A stretch of 64,000 nt of DNA from an uncultured Gammaproteobacteria bacterium (lineage in GTDB: Bacteria > Pseudomonadota > Gammaproteobacteria > Steroidobacterales > UBA11654): positions 25,117-89,116 of the forward strand of contig CALMWC010000007.1 in NCBI GenBank assembly GCA_937801655.1. The letters run 5' to 3'. The notes beneath the pieces are model-generated. The model was not told where the DNA came from. It was given only the letters and a program-made list of their open reading frames with translations, and made no database searches. This document shows, one piece after another, positions 48,835 through 58,923 of the stretch (the stretch's first letter is position 1; each line of letters starts with the position of its first letter). Both the position numbers and the translations under genes were made by a program.

Positions 48835-50073
48835 ATGGATAGCTCGATATACATAACTTATGCGGTACCAGTCTTCTTTTTAATGATTGGTATGGAATTA
48901 GTTTTCGGCCTTATAGCAGGAAAAAATAATTATCGACTCAATGATTCAATTGCAGCTATATCTTTAGGATTGATTAGTCGACTGCCCCCATTACTTAACT
49001 TAGGGCTTCAAGGTATCGTTTGGACATATGTCGCTAAGAATCTTAATTTACAGTTACTCTCAAAGGAAAGTTGGATCACTTGGATCGTTGCTTTTCTACT
49101 CTATGATCTTTGTTATTACTGGATGCATCGAATGAGCCATGAGATTAAGTTCTTGTGGGCCTCGCATGTCGTTCATCATCAGGGGGAAGAATTTAATTTA
49201 AGTACTGCATTGAGACAAACCAGTACTGGTTGGCTATGGAAATTTATTTTCTATATCCCACTTTTTGCTATCGGTGTTCCAGGAGAAGTATTTTTCACAG
49301 TGGCAGCAATGAACTTGTTGTATCAGTTTTGGGTTCATACTGAGCATATAAAAACATTAGGCTTTCTCGAGAAGATATTTATAACACCCTCAAATCATCG
49401 GGTCCATCATGCACAAAATGCAGAATATATAGATGCTAATTACGGTGGTGTATTTATACTATGGGATCGAATTTTTGGCACCTATATTCCCGAAAGAGAT
49501 AATCTTAAACCAATTTATGGAACGGTTAAACCTCTTAAAAGCTGGAACCCAATTTGGTCAAACTTTGAGATTTATTACCAAATGATAAGAGATAGTTTCT
49601 ACACCAAGAGTTATAAAGATAAAATAAAAGTATGGTTCTCTGATACTCGTTGGAGACCTGAAGATGTATCGTTAAAGTTCCCTACAAGTTCGAATGACTT
49701 GAGCGCTTTTGAGAAGTATAACCCCCAGGTTAACAGTACATCTAAAATATTTTCTACAATTCAGTTTGTCATTAATAGCATCATCTCAACCGTAATCATT
49801 TTTACTATAGATGATCAAAGTTATGTTCAAACAGCACTCTTAGCTATTACATTAATAGTCTCCACAACATTAGTAAATTTAGTTCTAGAAAATGCAAAAA
49901 AATGTTATCAAATAGAGTTAGGTTGGACGGCAGTTGTTTTAACTTTGATATTTTTTGAAGTATTAAATCCAAATCTTTTAGTGACTCAAATCTTTTTTTA
50001 TCAATCTGTGTTCAATATTTTTTATATAGCTATTTTCATGCCATTGAATAAACGTTTCTTAATTACTAATTAA
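48835..50073 (+). CDS. Sterol desaturase/fatty acid hydroxylase family (alkylglycerol monooxygenase-like)
   Basis: His boxes HRMSH, HVVHH, WVHTE and HRVHH; NYGG..I.WDRIFGT; extra C-terminal TM domain. Confidence 0.88.
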   Translation: MDSSIYITYAVPVFFLMIGMELVFGLIAGKNNYRLNDSIAAISLGLISRLPPLLNLGLQGIVWTYVAKNLNLQLLSKESWITWIVAFLLYDLCYYWMHRMSHEIKFLWASHVVHHQGEEFNLSTALRQTSTGWLWKFIFYIPLFAIGVPGEVFFTVAAMNLLYQFWVHTEHIKTLGFLEKIFITPSNHRVHHAQNAEYIDANYGGVFILWDRIFGTYIPERDNLKPIYGTVKPLKSWNPIWSNFEIYYQMIRDSFYTKSYKDKIKVWFSDTRWRPEDVSLKFPTSSNDLSAFEKYNPQVNSTSKIFSTIQFVINSIISTVIIFTIDDQSYVQTALLAITLIVSTTLVNLVLENAKKCYQIELGWTAVVLTLIFFEVLNPNLLVTQIFFYQSVFNIFYIAIFMPLNKRFLITN

Positions 50074-50081
50074 TTTATTTA

Positions 50082-50720
50082 ATGTCTCTAGAAATTGTTT
50101 TCCAAATAATTAGTATTCTCATACCTGTTATATTTGCAATAACAGTCCATGAAGTCGCACATGGTGCTGTTGCTAGAATGTTAGGTGATGACACAGCAGA
50201 ACGACAAGGACGATTAACACTCAACCCTATCGCTCATATTGATCCAATAGGAACACTAGTGCTTCCGAGTGTATTGTTGTATATCGGAGGCTTGGTTTTT
50301 GGATGGGCAAAGCCAGTACCTGTAAATGCTTATAAACTAAGAAACCCTAAAAAAGACATGCTCTTTGTAGCAATCGCTGGACCGATAGCTAACCTACTGA
50401 TGGCATTATTGTGGGCATTCATGTTATTTATTCTTCGTTCTATGGATGTCCAGATATCTTCCGAAGCCGTTTATATATTTATAATGACTATGATTCAAAC
50501 AGGTGTTTTTATAAATTTGGTACTCATGTTCTTTAATATGCTCCCTATTCCTCCTTTGGATGGTGGACGGGTGCTAAGAAGTCTTGTAAATGATGATATG
50601 AGTAGAAAAATAGACTCTATAGAACCCTTTGGTATTTTCATCGTGTTGGGATTATTATTGATAGGATTGCTAGACCCTATGTATAGGGCCATTGAATTTA
50701 TTACATCCATTTTGATATGA
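50082..50720 (+). CDS. Site-2 protease (M50) family protein
   Basis: HEVAH, AGPIAN and NMLPIPPLDGG motifs. Confidence 0.93.
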   Translation: MSLEIVFQIISILIPVIFAITVHEVAHGAVARMLGDDTAERQGRLTLNPIAHIDPIGTLVLPSVLLYIGGLVFGWAKPVPVNAYKLRNPKKDMLFVAIAGPIANLLMALLWAFMLFILRSMDVQISSEAVYIFIMTMIQTGVFINLVLMFFNMLPIPPLDGGRVLRSLVNDDMSRKIDSIEPFGIFIVLGLLLIGLLDPMYRAIEFITSILI

Positions 50721-51661
50721 ACAGATCAATATTGATATCAATAATTTCATATTTATGCTTTTTTAATGGTGCTTTTGCATCTTTCCAAATGGATAAGCTT
50801 AGCCACTCATTAGAGAGCATAGAATACATTGAAAAGACGGATTTTAGATCAGAGAGTCTCAACACAAGAGTTAGGTTTATTGTCATACATTACACCTCTT
50901 CAAATTGGGAACAATCACTTAAGATTTTAACAAAAGCTGACTATGAGGTGAGTTCACACTATTTGATACCAGAATCATTTGATGAAAGCTATAAAGAAGA
51001 TGACTTGTTTGTTTACAAAATTGTTGATGAGAATGATCGTGCATGGCATGCAGGTGAAAGCAATTGGCAAGGAAGGAGTCATATTAATGATCAATCTATT
51101 GGCATAGAGTTAGTTAATAATTCTGAGTGCTACTATCAACCGAATAATAAAAAACTAAACTATAAAGAAAATTATATTTGTAGTTTTTACGACTACGATC
51201 CAAAACAAATACAACTATTAATCAAAGCAATAAAACCAATGCTTGAAAGACATGATGAGATAAAGCCAACACATATTATTGGTCACTCAGATATAGCACC
51301 CAATAGAAAATATGATCCAGGTCCTCGTTTTCCATGGTATACGCTCTACCAAAATGGTATTGGTGCATGGTATGACAATGAGACTGTTGATAAATACTGG
51401 CGTCAGTTTACAACAACAAAGATGCCATCAACTCTTGATATTCAATGTGCCTTAAGAAAGTATGGCTATGAGGTGGATTTAACTGGGACAGAAGACGAAC
51501 AGACATATGCTGTGGTGAGAGCCTTCCATTATCATTTTCAGTCATGGAATAACAAAGGAGATATTGATGTCGGCACAGTATCAACATTGTGGGCTCTGTT
51601 GGAAAAGTATAGGCCTGATGTTCTTGATAGTAATTCAAAAATTGTCTGTCTGGAGGATTAA
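50717..51661 (+). CDS. N-acetylmuramoyl-L-alanine amidase (AmiD-like)
   Basis: IHYT, VSSHYLI, RAWHAG, SIGIE and GHSDIAP.RK.DPGP.FPW motifs; C-terminal PG-binding-like domain. Confidence 0.9.
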   Translation: MNRSILISIISYLCFFNGAFASFQMDKLSHSLESIEYIEKTDFRSESLNTRVRFIVIHYTSSNWEQSLKILTKADYEVSSHYLIPESFDESYKEDDLFVYKIVDENDRAWHAGESNWQGRSHINDQSIGIELVNNSECYYQPNNKKLNYKENYICSFYDYDPKQIQLLIKAIKPMLERHDEIKPTHIIGHSDIAPNRKYDPGPRFPWYTLYQNGIGAWYDNETVDKYWRQFTTTKMPSTLDIQCALRKYGYEVDLTGTEDEQTYAVVRAFHYHFQSWNNKGDIDVGTVSTLWALLEKYRPDVLDSNSKIVCLED

Positions 51662-51669
51662 AAAAATCA

Positions 51670-52695
51670 ATGAAGATTGACATCATACTTGATCCCACTC
51701 ATACAACCGATGAATTTTTAGAGTTAGGTCTTATGGCAGAAAGACTTGGATTTAATGCGGTCTTAACTGCAAACTACCCTTCAGCTATTGATCCATTTAT
51801 CAACTTTTCCATCCTTGCTAAAGAAACCGAGAAAATCAAGTTGGGGCCTGTTGCAATAAGTCCATTTGAAACACATCCACTGAAACTATCTAATCTTCTT
51901 TATGGTTTGAATCAACTCTCCAAAGGCAGAGCAAAAATCTTTATTGGTGGTGGTGGTGGGACACTTATCTCAATGGGTCTAAAAAATAATCGCCGTGAAA
52001 TGCATCCCAATATGGTGCAGGGAGTCAAAGAATGTGTTGATTTTCTTAAGCAGTTGTCACCTGAGAAAGAAATAAACTTCAATCAAGATGTATTCCAAAT
52101 CAATGCTCCAAAACCACAATGGATAAATCAGCAAAGACCACAAATATTCATAGCAGCTAGCAAGCCCAAGATGCTATCGATGGCTGCTGAAACAGCTGAT
52201 GGAATTATGATGAGTGATGTTCCATTAGTTCGTGTTAATGAATGTATGGAGATTATTAATACTTCCTTAAAGCATTCAAGACGAGAAAGAGCATCAATCT
52301 CAGTGAGTAATCTTTTTTCTTGGCATGTTAAATCAAATCGAAAAGAGGCTATCTCTGAAGCAAGAAAGAAACTCTTTGTTCGTGGAATGTTGGAGAATTG
52401 GTACATATCAAAATTTTTAGATGAAGATGAATGTAAAATTATTGAAAATAATCTTCATGCATTTGCAATGGCTTATGCAAATAATAGTGATGTTATCGAA
52501 GGTGTACCAGACCATCTCATTGAAAAACTCATAGAGCAGCTAACTTTTACTGGTCTTACTAATGATGTTGATCAATTTACAGATGAGTTGATACAGTTTA
52601 AGAATGCTGGACTGGATGAGTTTGCTATTCGTTTGTATGAAAAGCCAGAAGAATCAATGAAACTTATCGCAAATAAAGTTCTACCCTATTTATAA
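51670..52695 (+). CDS. LLM class flavin-dependent oxidoreductase
   Basis: AERLGF, DPF, HP..L..L.QLSKGRA, PKML..A...ADG and GLDE luciferase-like pattern. Confidence 0.82.
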   Translation: MKIDIILDPTHTTDEFLELGLMAERLGFNAVLTANYPSAIDPFINFSILAKETEKIKLGPVAISPFETHPLKLSNLLYGLNQLSKGRAKIFIGGGGGTLISMGLKNNRREMHPNMVQGVKECVDFLKQLSPEKEINFNQDVFQINAPKPQWINQQRPQIFIAASKPKMLSMAAETADGIMMSDVPLVRVNECMEIINTSLKHSRRERASISVSNLFSWHVKSNRKEAISEARKKLFVRGMLENWYISKFLDEDECKIIENNLHAFAMAYANNSDVIEGVPDHLIEKLIEQLTFTGLTNDVDQFTDELIQFKNAGLDEFAIRLYEKPEESMKLIANKVLPYL

Positions 52696-52713
52696 TCAAA
52701 CCAGAGATAAAGA

Positions 52714-53139
52714 TTAGTTTTTAGCAACTGGAACCTTGAAAAAGACATAAAGAAAACCAATAAGACCCAGAACTCCAACTACAACTCTTAAAATAAGATC
52801 CTTCAAGCCAAATAATGTGGCATAGCCAACAAATATGATTATCATCGTTGTGGCTAATATCTTGGCTTTTTTAGGTATGCCCTTCCCCTCTCGGTAATCT
52901 TTTAGATAAGGACCAAAAGTTTTGTTCTTAATCAGCCAGTCATAGAGTCTCTGCGATGATCTTATATAACAAGCCGCAGCAAGAATTAAAAAAAGTGTTG
53001 TTGGAAGACCGGGAATGATTACTCCAATGGCACCAAGAATTACAAATATTGAACCGAGTACTACCCATAGAACTTTCACAAATAAATTACCCGTTTCATT
53101 TGCTGTATGTATATTTGATTTATTTTTATCGTTGTTCAC
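52714..53139 (-). CDS. YbaN/DUF454 family membrane protein
   Basis: LG.IG..IPGLPTT.FLILAA.C..RSS and FGPY motifs. Confidence 0.9.
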   Translation of the reverse strand: MNNDKNKSNIHTANETGNLFVKVLWVVLGSIFVILGAIGVIIPGLPTTLFLILAAACYIRSSQRLYDWLIKNKTFGPYLKDYREGKGIPKKAKILATTMIIIFVGYATLFGLKDLILRVVVGVLGLIGFLYVFFKVPVAKN

Positions 53140-53284
53140 ATTCTAGTGTTCGTATGAATAGAAACTAAAAGATTCAAATTATTAGATTATTTATTATGAA
53201 AAAATATTTAGAGATTTGTTGGCAGCAAATAAAACCTAGTTGCAGTAAGATAAAGAAATAAGATTTAATGGAGTAAATACTAAA

Positions 53285-53695
53285 ATGAAATATCTAACAC
53301 TAACAATTGCAATCACTTTTTTAAGTTTAAATCTATCAGCAGCACATCATGAGGAGCCAAAAGGTATTGGAGGACTAATATCATCTGAGGTTTTTGATTT
53401 AGCTGGAGAAATGGATTTGCATGTTGAAAAGTATCAAAGTTGTGGAGACAGTGCTAATCAAAAACACTATCACCCAGTTGGTACTTTGGTTTATGTCATC
53501 AATGGTAAAGGAGCTTCCAATGCTTCTGGTGAATGGAAAACGTATACAGATGGGTCTTATTGGTTTGAGCCCTCTATGTGGAAACATGGTGGTATTGATC
53601 CTAATGAACCTAAGTTTGGAGATGATCAATGTACAGAGAACCTAGTTATTAGAGTGAGCAGAAAAGGTGAAGAACCCACTGTATTTGTAGAATAA
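53285..53695 (+). CDS. Exported cupin-domain protein
   Basis: Signal peptide; HYHP...VYV..G and WFEP...H cupin motifs. Confidence 0.7.
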   Translation: MKYLTLTIAITFLSLNLSAAHHEEPKGIGGLISSEVFDLAGEMDLHVEKYQSCGDSANQKHYHPVGTLVYVINGKGASNASGEWKTYTDGSYWFEPSMWKHGGIDPNEPKFGDDQCTENLVIRVSRKGEEPTVFVE

Positions 53696-53770
53696 TATAA
53701 TAATGATGGCTTATATGATTGTTGTTTAAAAAAATTTGTAAACGGATATAGCTAAATCACCTTAAGTTAA

Positions 53771-53847
53771 TGGTAGGCGCGGACGGATTCGAACCGTCGA
53801 CCTCTTGCGTGTCGAGCAAGCACTCTAACCAACTGAGCTACGCGCCT
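53771..53847 (-). tRNA. tRNA-Val(GAC)
   Basis: Reverse complement AGGCGCGTAGCTCAGTTGGTTAGAGTG-CTTGC-TCGACAC-GCAAG-AGGTCGACGGTTCGAATCCGTCCGCGCCTACCA. Confidence 0.93.
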
Positions 53848-53900
53848 ATATATAAATTTCATTTTATAGCATTATCAATGCTTCTTTTAAGCTTTATTTG

Positions 53901-53922
53901 AAAAATAGGGATTCGTCCCTAT
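53901..53922 (-). terminator. Possible terminator hairpin
   Basis: ATAGGGA-TTCG-TCCCTAT stem-loop followed by a short T-run on the minus strand. Confidence 0.4.
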
Positions 53923-53965
53923 ATTTAGTAGTAGGTATTAAGAAATGAACAATTAAGGATTAATT

Positions 53966-54280
53966 ATGGAACGAAGTGTTTACACATCACCCGAAGAACA
54001 AATGAAAAAAACCTATCCAGTCAAGGAACGATTGATAAAAGGACTCTTTGTTCTTTTATTCAGTTTTGCTTTTTCCATATGCCGTTTTCTTATCGGTATT
54101 ATTGCTCTCGTACAGTTTTTATTTGATTTGATCTCTGGGGAGCCAAGCATTCGTTTATGTAACTTTTCAGCCAAGTTAAATGATTATGTTTCTGAAATCA
54201 TTGCTTTTGTGAGTTATCAGTCAGACATAAAGCCTTTCCCTTTTTCTGATTTCCCAAGCAATGAATTAAAAAAGAACTAA
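53966..54280 (+). CDS. DUF4389-like small membrane protein
   Basis: QFLF.LI.G.P...L..F...L..Y and KPFPFSDFP motifs. Confidence 0.75.
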   Translation: MERSVYTSPEEQMKKTYPVKERLIKGLFVLLFSFAFSICRFLIGIIALVQFLFDLISGEPSIRLCNFSAKLNDYVSEIIAFVSYQSDIKPFPFSDFPSNELKKN

Positions 54281-54302
54281 ATAAAAAACCCACTACTCGG
54301 TA

Positions 54303-54707
54303 TTATTTATTTAGGTAAGTAATAGTTAATTGCAAGCAAGTGGCAAAAGTAGCCCAGAGAAGGTATGGAATATTTGCGTAGACTATCCAGCGAAGCTCAG
54401 GAGCAGCCTGCCATAATGCATAGAATGCCCAGACAAGCGTTCCAGCAACCAACAGAATATCAATTGAGGCAAGGAAGTTATTTTTTAGACCAAACTGTAG
54501 TGGCGTAAATGCGAAATTAAATACAAGATTTAGAGCAAAAGGTAGTACAACAACCCAAGGAATCTCTTTTGTAACCGCCTTATAAAAAACAGTACCGAAT
54601 GAAATAGCAATAATCGTATAAAGCATTGCCCACACTGGACCAAAAAGCCACGCTGGTGGAGACCAAAAAGGTTTTATAAGTTGTTCATACCACTCAAAGC
54701 TTTGCAT
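54303..54707 (-). CDS. tspO: TspO/MBR family protein (short form)
   Basis: WY..L.KP.W.PP.WLFGPVW and PYLLWATFA motifs. Confidence 0.9.
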   Translation of the reverse strand: MQSFEWYEQLIKPFWSPPAWLFGPVWAMLYTIIAISFGTVFYKAVTKEIPWVVVLPFALNLVFNFAFTPLQFGLKNNFLASIDILLVAGTLVWAFYALWQAAPELRWIVYANIPYLLWATFATCLQLTITYLNK

Positions 54708-54714
54708 ATTCTAA

Positions 54715-55059
54715 TTAGGCAATCATCATATAAACTTTCCGAATAGTCTCTTTTACTTCCGCAGTACCTTTCCAACCTTTAGGAAAAACAAAACTATCTC
54801 CTGCTTTAACCTCTGTGACTATTCCTGAGTCAGAGGTAAGTATCCAATGACCCTTGAGAATATGACAAAATTCAGTTACCTCTAAGTCCAATTGAAGTGT
54901 TCCTGGTTCACATTCCCAAGTTCCAGCAAAGGTATTATCTTGATCTAGAAAACCTGAATCTGTTTGTTTTGGTAATGGACCTATCGGATCTCCAAAAGAA
55001 TCAGTTTCAATAAGATCATGTAAATCAATACATTGATGTTGAGCTTTAATTTCTGGCAT
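54715..55059 (-). CDS. Cupin domain protein (DUF861/EutQ-like)
   Basis: GTWECEPG, EFCHIL.G, AGDSFVFPKGWKG and RKVY motifs. Confidence 0.88.
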   Translation of the reverse strand: MPEIKAQHQCIDLHDLIETDSFGDPIGPLPKQTDSGFLDQDNTFAGTWECEPGTLQLDLEVTEFCHILKGHWILTSDSGIVTEVKAGDSFVFPKGWKGTAEVKETIRKVYMMIA

Positions 55060-55111
55060 AAAATATTATCCTAATTGTAATTAAATAAATCGAAGTTTAG
55101 TGTCTATGTTT

Positions 55112-55408
55112 TTATGATTTATTAGCTTCGACTGACAGATAGACAGATAAATCTTTAATGTCCTCTTCGGTGAAACCTGATACATGCCATGAGGCAATTA
55201 TTCGATCCATGATTTGGTTAGCAGATGAGCCTTTAAATTTATCAATAGAATGACAACCCAAGCACCCTCTTCTCATAGCAGTATCTGCTATTGTTTTTCC
55301 AAAATCATAATCGCCTATAACTTCTGAACTATCATGACCATCTGCAAATGAAATTGAAGTAATTGTTATTGAAATTATCGCGATAGCTATTTGTATGTAT
55401 TTAATCAT
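55112..55408 (-). CDS. Small exported monoheme c-type cytochrome
   Basis: Signal peptide, G...GK..., CLGCH heme motif, C-terminal TEEDIKDLSVYL helix. Confidence 0.75.
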   Translation of the reverse strand: MIKYIQIAIAIISITITSISFADGHDSSEVIGDYDFGKTIADTAMRRGCLGCHSIDKFKGSSANQIMDRIIASWHVSGFTEEDIKDLSVYLSVEANKS

Positions 55409-55454
55409 TGTCTCATGATATAAAAGTTTGGTTTAAAAGACCATGTAAGGTTTT

Positions 55455-57491
55455 TTAATTGGTTGATGTTCTATCTGATTCTACGTACTTAATACCGAAG
55501 TTAAATTCTTTTACTAATTTAATCTCATCTCTTAATTTTGCAGCTTCTTCAAAGTCAAGATCTCTAGCTGCATTAAACATTTTTACTTCAAGTTCGTCGA
55601 TAACTTTTGATATTTGCTCAGGTTTAGAGGGATCAAAGGTTTTTCTAATAGATTTAGGAATCTTAATGAATTTTTTTGTAGACCGTGCTCTAGCACCTTG
55701 CATCACATCTTGTATATTCTTGATTATTGTTTTTGGCTCAATGCCATGCTTCTTATTGTATTCAATTTGAGTATCTCTTCTTCTCGTTGTTTCTTTAATA
55801 GCACGTTCCATTGAACCAGTTATCTTATCTGCATACATAATAGCCTTACCATTGATGTTTCTAGCCGCTCTTCCCATAGTTTGTATCAATGCACCTTCTG
55901 ATCGTAAAAAACCCTCTTTATCCGCATCTAAGATGGCTACAAGTGATACTTCGGGTAAATCTAGGCCTTCTCTGAGTAGATTGATGCCGACAAGCACATC
56001 GAATACACCTAATCTTAAATCTCTCAATATTTCTGATCGTTCAACAGTATCAATATCGGAATGCAAGTATCTAACCTTAATGCCATTATCATTGTAATAG
56101 TCAGCAAGATCTTCCGACATCTTTTTAGTTAAAGTGGTGACTAAGATTCTTTCGTTATTAGGTGTTCGTTTTCTGATTTCAGATAAGAGGTCATCCACTT
56201 GGTTGGATACGGGTCTAATATCAACTTGAGGATCAATTAGACCTGTCGGTCTTACAATTTGCTCAATAACAGCTCCTGACTCTTCCAGTTCAAATTCTCT
56301 GGGTGTTGCAGATACATAAATAAGTTGGGAAGCAATCTTTTCAAACTCTTCAAACATCAAGGGTCTGTTATCTAATGCTGAAGGCAGTCTGAACCCATAT
56401 TCTACTAATGTTGATTTTCTTGAATGATCACCTTTATACATACCTCGGAGTTGAGGAAGAGTGACATGACTCTCATCAATGATAATCAATGACTCATTTG
56501 GAAGGTAGTCAATCAAACATGGCGGCGGTTCGCCTGGATTTCTTCCTGATAAGTAACGACTGTAATTTTCAATGCCAGAGCAGAATCCTAATTCTTTGAT
56601 CATCTCTATATCGTATAAAGTTCTTTGTTCTAATCTCTGATATTCAACAAGTTTATTGAGTTTTTTTAATTCATTTAAACGTATGTGTAATTCTTTTTTT
56701 ATTTCTTCTGTGGCCTGAATCATAATTTCTCTTGGCGTTACATAATGCGTTTTTGGAAACACAGTAAGCTGTCTAACCTTTCTTATAATTTCTCCCGTTA
56801 GTGGATCAAAGAATGATAGACCCTCTATTTCATTATCAAAAAGCTCTATTCGAAGTGCTTGATTATCTGAATCTGCTGGATAGACATCAATAACGTCACC
56901 CATGACTCTAAATGTGCCTTGTCTAAAGTCAATGGCGTTTCGTTGGTATTGCAGTTCGGCTAATCTTCTTAAGATATCACGCTGATCAATCTTATCTTTA
57001 ATGGATAAATGTAGAACCATATTCAGATATAATTTTGGATCACCCAAACCATAGATTGCAGAAACCGAAGCAACGATTATCGTGTCTTTTCTCTCTATGA
57101 GTGCTTTGGTAGCAGAGAGCCTCATTTGTTCTATATGAGTATTAACCGATGCATCTTTTTCAATGAATATGTCCGTTGAGGGAACATAAGCCTCAGGCTG
57201 GTAGTAATCATAATAGGAAACAAAGTATTCAACTTTATTTTCAGGGAAGTAATCTCTCATTTCACCATAGAGTTGTGCTGCAAGAGTTTTATTTGGAGCC
57301 AATATTAAGGTTGTTCTTTGTTGGTTGTTAATGATGTTAGCTATAGTGAAGGTTTTCCCCGATCCTGTGACGCCTAATAGAGTTTGCTTCAGGAGTCCAG
57401 AATTCAGACCATCCTCAAGTCCTTTTATCGCCTGAGGCTGATCTCCTTTTGGTTTATAATTTGAAACTAATTTAAACTTATCATCATTCAT
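55455..57491 (-). CDS. uvrB: Excinuclease ABC subunit B
   Basis: [40 protein letters not shown] and UVR domain FEEAAKLRD. Confidence 0.99.
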   Translation of the reverse strand: MNDDKFKLVSNYKPKGDQPQAIKGLEDGLNSGLLKQTLLGVTGSGKTFTIANIINNQQRTTLILAPNKTLAAQLYGEMRDYFPENKVEYFVSYYDYYQPEAYVPSTDIFIEKDASVNTHIEQMRLSATKALIERKDTIIVASVSAIYGLGDPKLYLNMVLHLSIKDKIDQRDILRRLAELQYQRNAIDFRQGTFRVMGDVIDVYPADSDNQALRIELFDNEIEGLSFFDPLTGEIIRKVRQLTVFPKTHYVTPREIMIQATEEIKKELHIRLNELKKLNKLVEYQRLEQRTLYDIEMIKELGFCSGIENYSRYLSGRNPGEPPPCLIDYLPNESLIIIDESHVTLPQLRGMYKGDHSRKSTLVEYGFRLPSALDNRPLMFEEFEKIASQLIYVSATPREFELEESGAVIEQIVRPTGLIDPQVDIRPVSNQVDDLLSEIRKRTPNNERILVTTLTKKMSEDLADYYNDNGIKVRYLHSDIDTVERSEILRDLRLGVFDVLVGINLLREGLDLPEVSLVAILDADKEGFLRSEGALIQTMGRAARNINGKAIMYADKITGSMERAIKETTRRRDTQIEYNKKHGIEPKTIIKNIQDVMQGARARSTKKFIKIPKSIRKTFDPSKPEQISKVIDELEVKMFNAARDLDFEEAAKLRDEIKLVKEFNFGIKYVESDRTSTN

Positions 57492-57549
57492 ATTTTGCTA
57501 TTATAGCTGTGATAAAATCATTATGAATTAAAAAGGTAATAAAATATCA

Positions 57550-58740
57550 ATGGCATTATTAACAAAAAGAATCAATAGTGTAAAACCATCAGCAACAATA
57601 ACTATTTCAGCCAAAGCGATGGAGTTAAGAGCACAAGGAGTTGATGTTATTAGCCTTAGTCAAGGTGAACCTGATTTTGACACACCTAAGCATATTAAAG
57701 ACGCTGCAATTCAAGCGATCAATGATGGTAAAACAAAATACACATCAGTCGATGGAACGCCAGAGATTAAAGAAGCTATCATTAACAAGTTTAAAAGAGA
57801 CAATAATCTAGATTATAAACCAGAAAATATTTTGGTCTCCACAGGTGCTAAGCAAACATTATTTAATTTATTTCAATCTGTTCTTGAGGAAGGAAATGAA
57901 GCAATTGTTATCAGCCCCTATTGGGTGTCATATCCAGACATGGTTATATTAGCTGGAGCAAAACCAGTCATTGTTGATACATTGCAGAAAAATAATTTCG
58001 ATCTTGATTTAGATCTTTTAAGAGAAGCTTTATCCGATAATACTCGATTAATAATTTTGAATTCTCCATCCAACCCAACTGGTGTAACGTTTACAAGAGA
58101 GCAATACCAAGGCATGGGTAGTATATTAAAAGATTATCCAAATGTCTTAATTGCTACAGATGATATGTATGAACATATATATTGGGGCAATGAAAAGTTT
58201 TGTAGTTTTGCTGAAGCCTGTCCAGATTTATTTGATAGGACAATAACCGTCAATGGGGTGTCTAAGGCGTATGCGATGACCGGTTGGAGAATAGGATATT
58301 GTGGTGGACCTACTGACGTCGTGAAAGCTATGAAAAAGATACAAGGTCAAAGCACATCGAATGCATCATCAATATCACAGGTTGCAGCTACTGCGGCCCT
58401 AAATGGTTCCCATGATGAAGTCCTAGGTATGGTTAAAGAATACAAAAATAGGCATCAATACTTGTGTGAGGCCTTAAATTCTCTAGATGGTTTCAAAGCC
58501 GTTCCAGGAACTGGAGCATTTTATTTATTTCCAAATATCAACGAAGCCATAGAAGCATTGGGTATGAAAGATGATTTAGAGTTTTCAGAATATTTATTAG
58601 AAACAGCAGGAGTTGCTGTTGTGCCAGGAACTGCATTTGGTGCAAAAGGCTATATAAGAATATCTTATGCTACTAGTATGGATGTTTTGGAAGAATCAAT
58701 TAGTAGAATAAAAAAGGCCTTAGGTAATAAGAACTCTTGA
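57550..58740 (+). CDS. PLP-dependent class I/II aminotransferase (aspartate aminotransferase-like)
   Basis: GEPDFDTP, NSPSNPTG, DDMYE and SKAYAMTGWRIG motifs; conserved uvrB/aminotransferase/tRNA-Asn order. Confidence 0.93.
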   Translation: MALLTKRINSVKPSATITISAKAMELRAQGVDVISLSQGEPDFDTPKHIKDAAIQAINDGKTKYTSVDGTPEIKEAIINKFKRDNNLDYKPENILVSTGAKQTLFNLFQSVLEEGNEAIVISPYWVSYPDMVILAGAKPVIVDTLQKNNFDLDLDLLREALSDNTRLIILNSPSNPTGVTFTREQYQGMGSILKDYPNVLIATDDMYEHIYWGNEKFCSFAEACPDLFDRTITVNGVSKAYAMTGWRIGYCGGPTDVVKAMKKIQGQSTSNASSISQVAATAALNGSHDEVLGMVKEYKNRHQYLCEALNSLDGFKAVPGTGAFYLFPNINEAIEALGMKDDLEFSEYLLETAGVAVVPGTAFGAKGYIRISYATSMDVLEESISRIKKALGNKNS

Positions 58741-58780
58741 CTATTAACACTTGATGAATCAAAATCCATTTTAGTTCTAC

Positions 58781-58856
58781 TCCCCGGTAGCTCAGTTGGT
58801 AGAGCGATTGACTGTTAATCAATGGGTCGCTGGTTCGAGTCCGGCCCGGGGAGCCA
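58781..58856 (+). tRNA. tRNA-Asn(GTT)
   Basis: TCCCCGGTAGCTCAGTTGGTAGAGCG-ATTGA-CTGTTAA-TCAAT-GGGTCGCTGGTTCGAGTCCGGCCCGGGGAGCCA; upstream TTGACT-17nt-CAAAAT. Confidence 0.97.
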
Positions 58857-58923
58857 GACACAATAAATCTTCAATTGTTTCTATGTGTATTTATTTGATT
58901 GAGCTTTTTTTTCATAATGAAGC

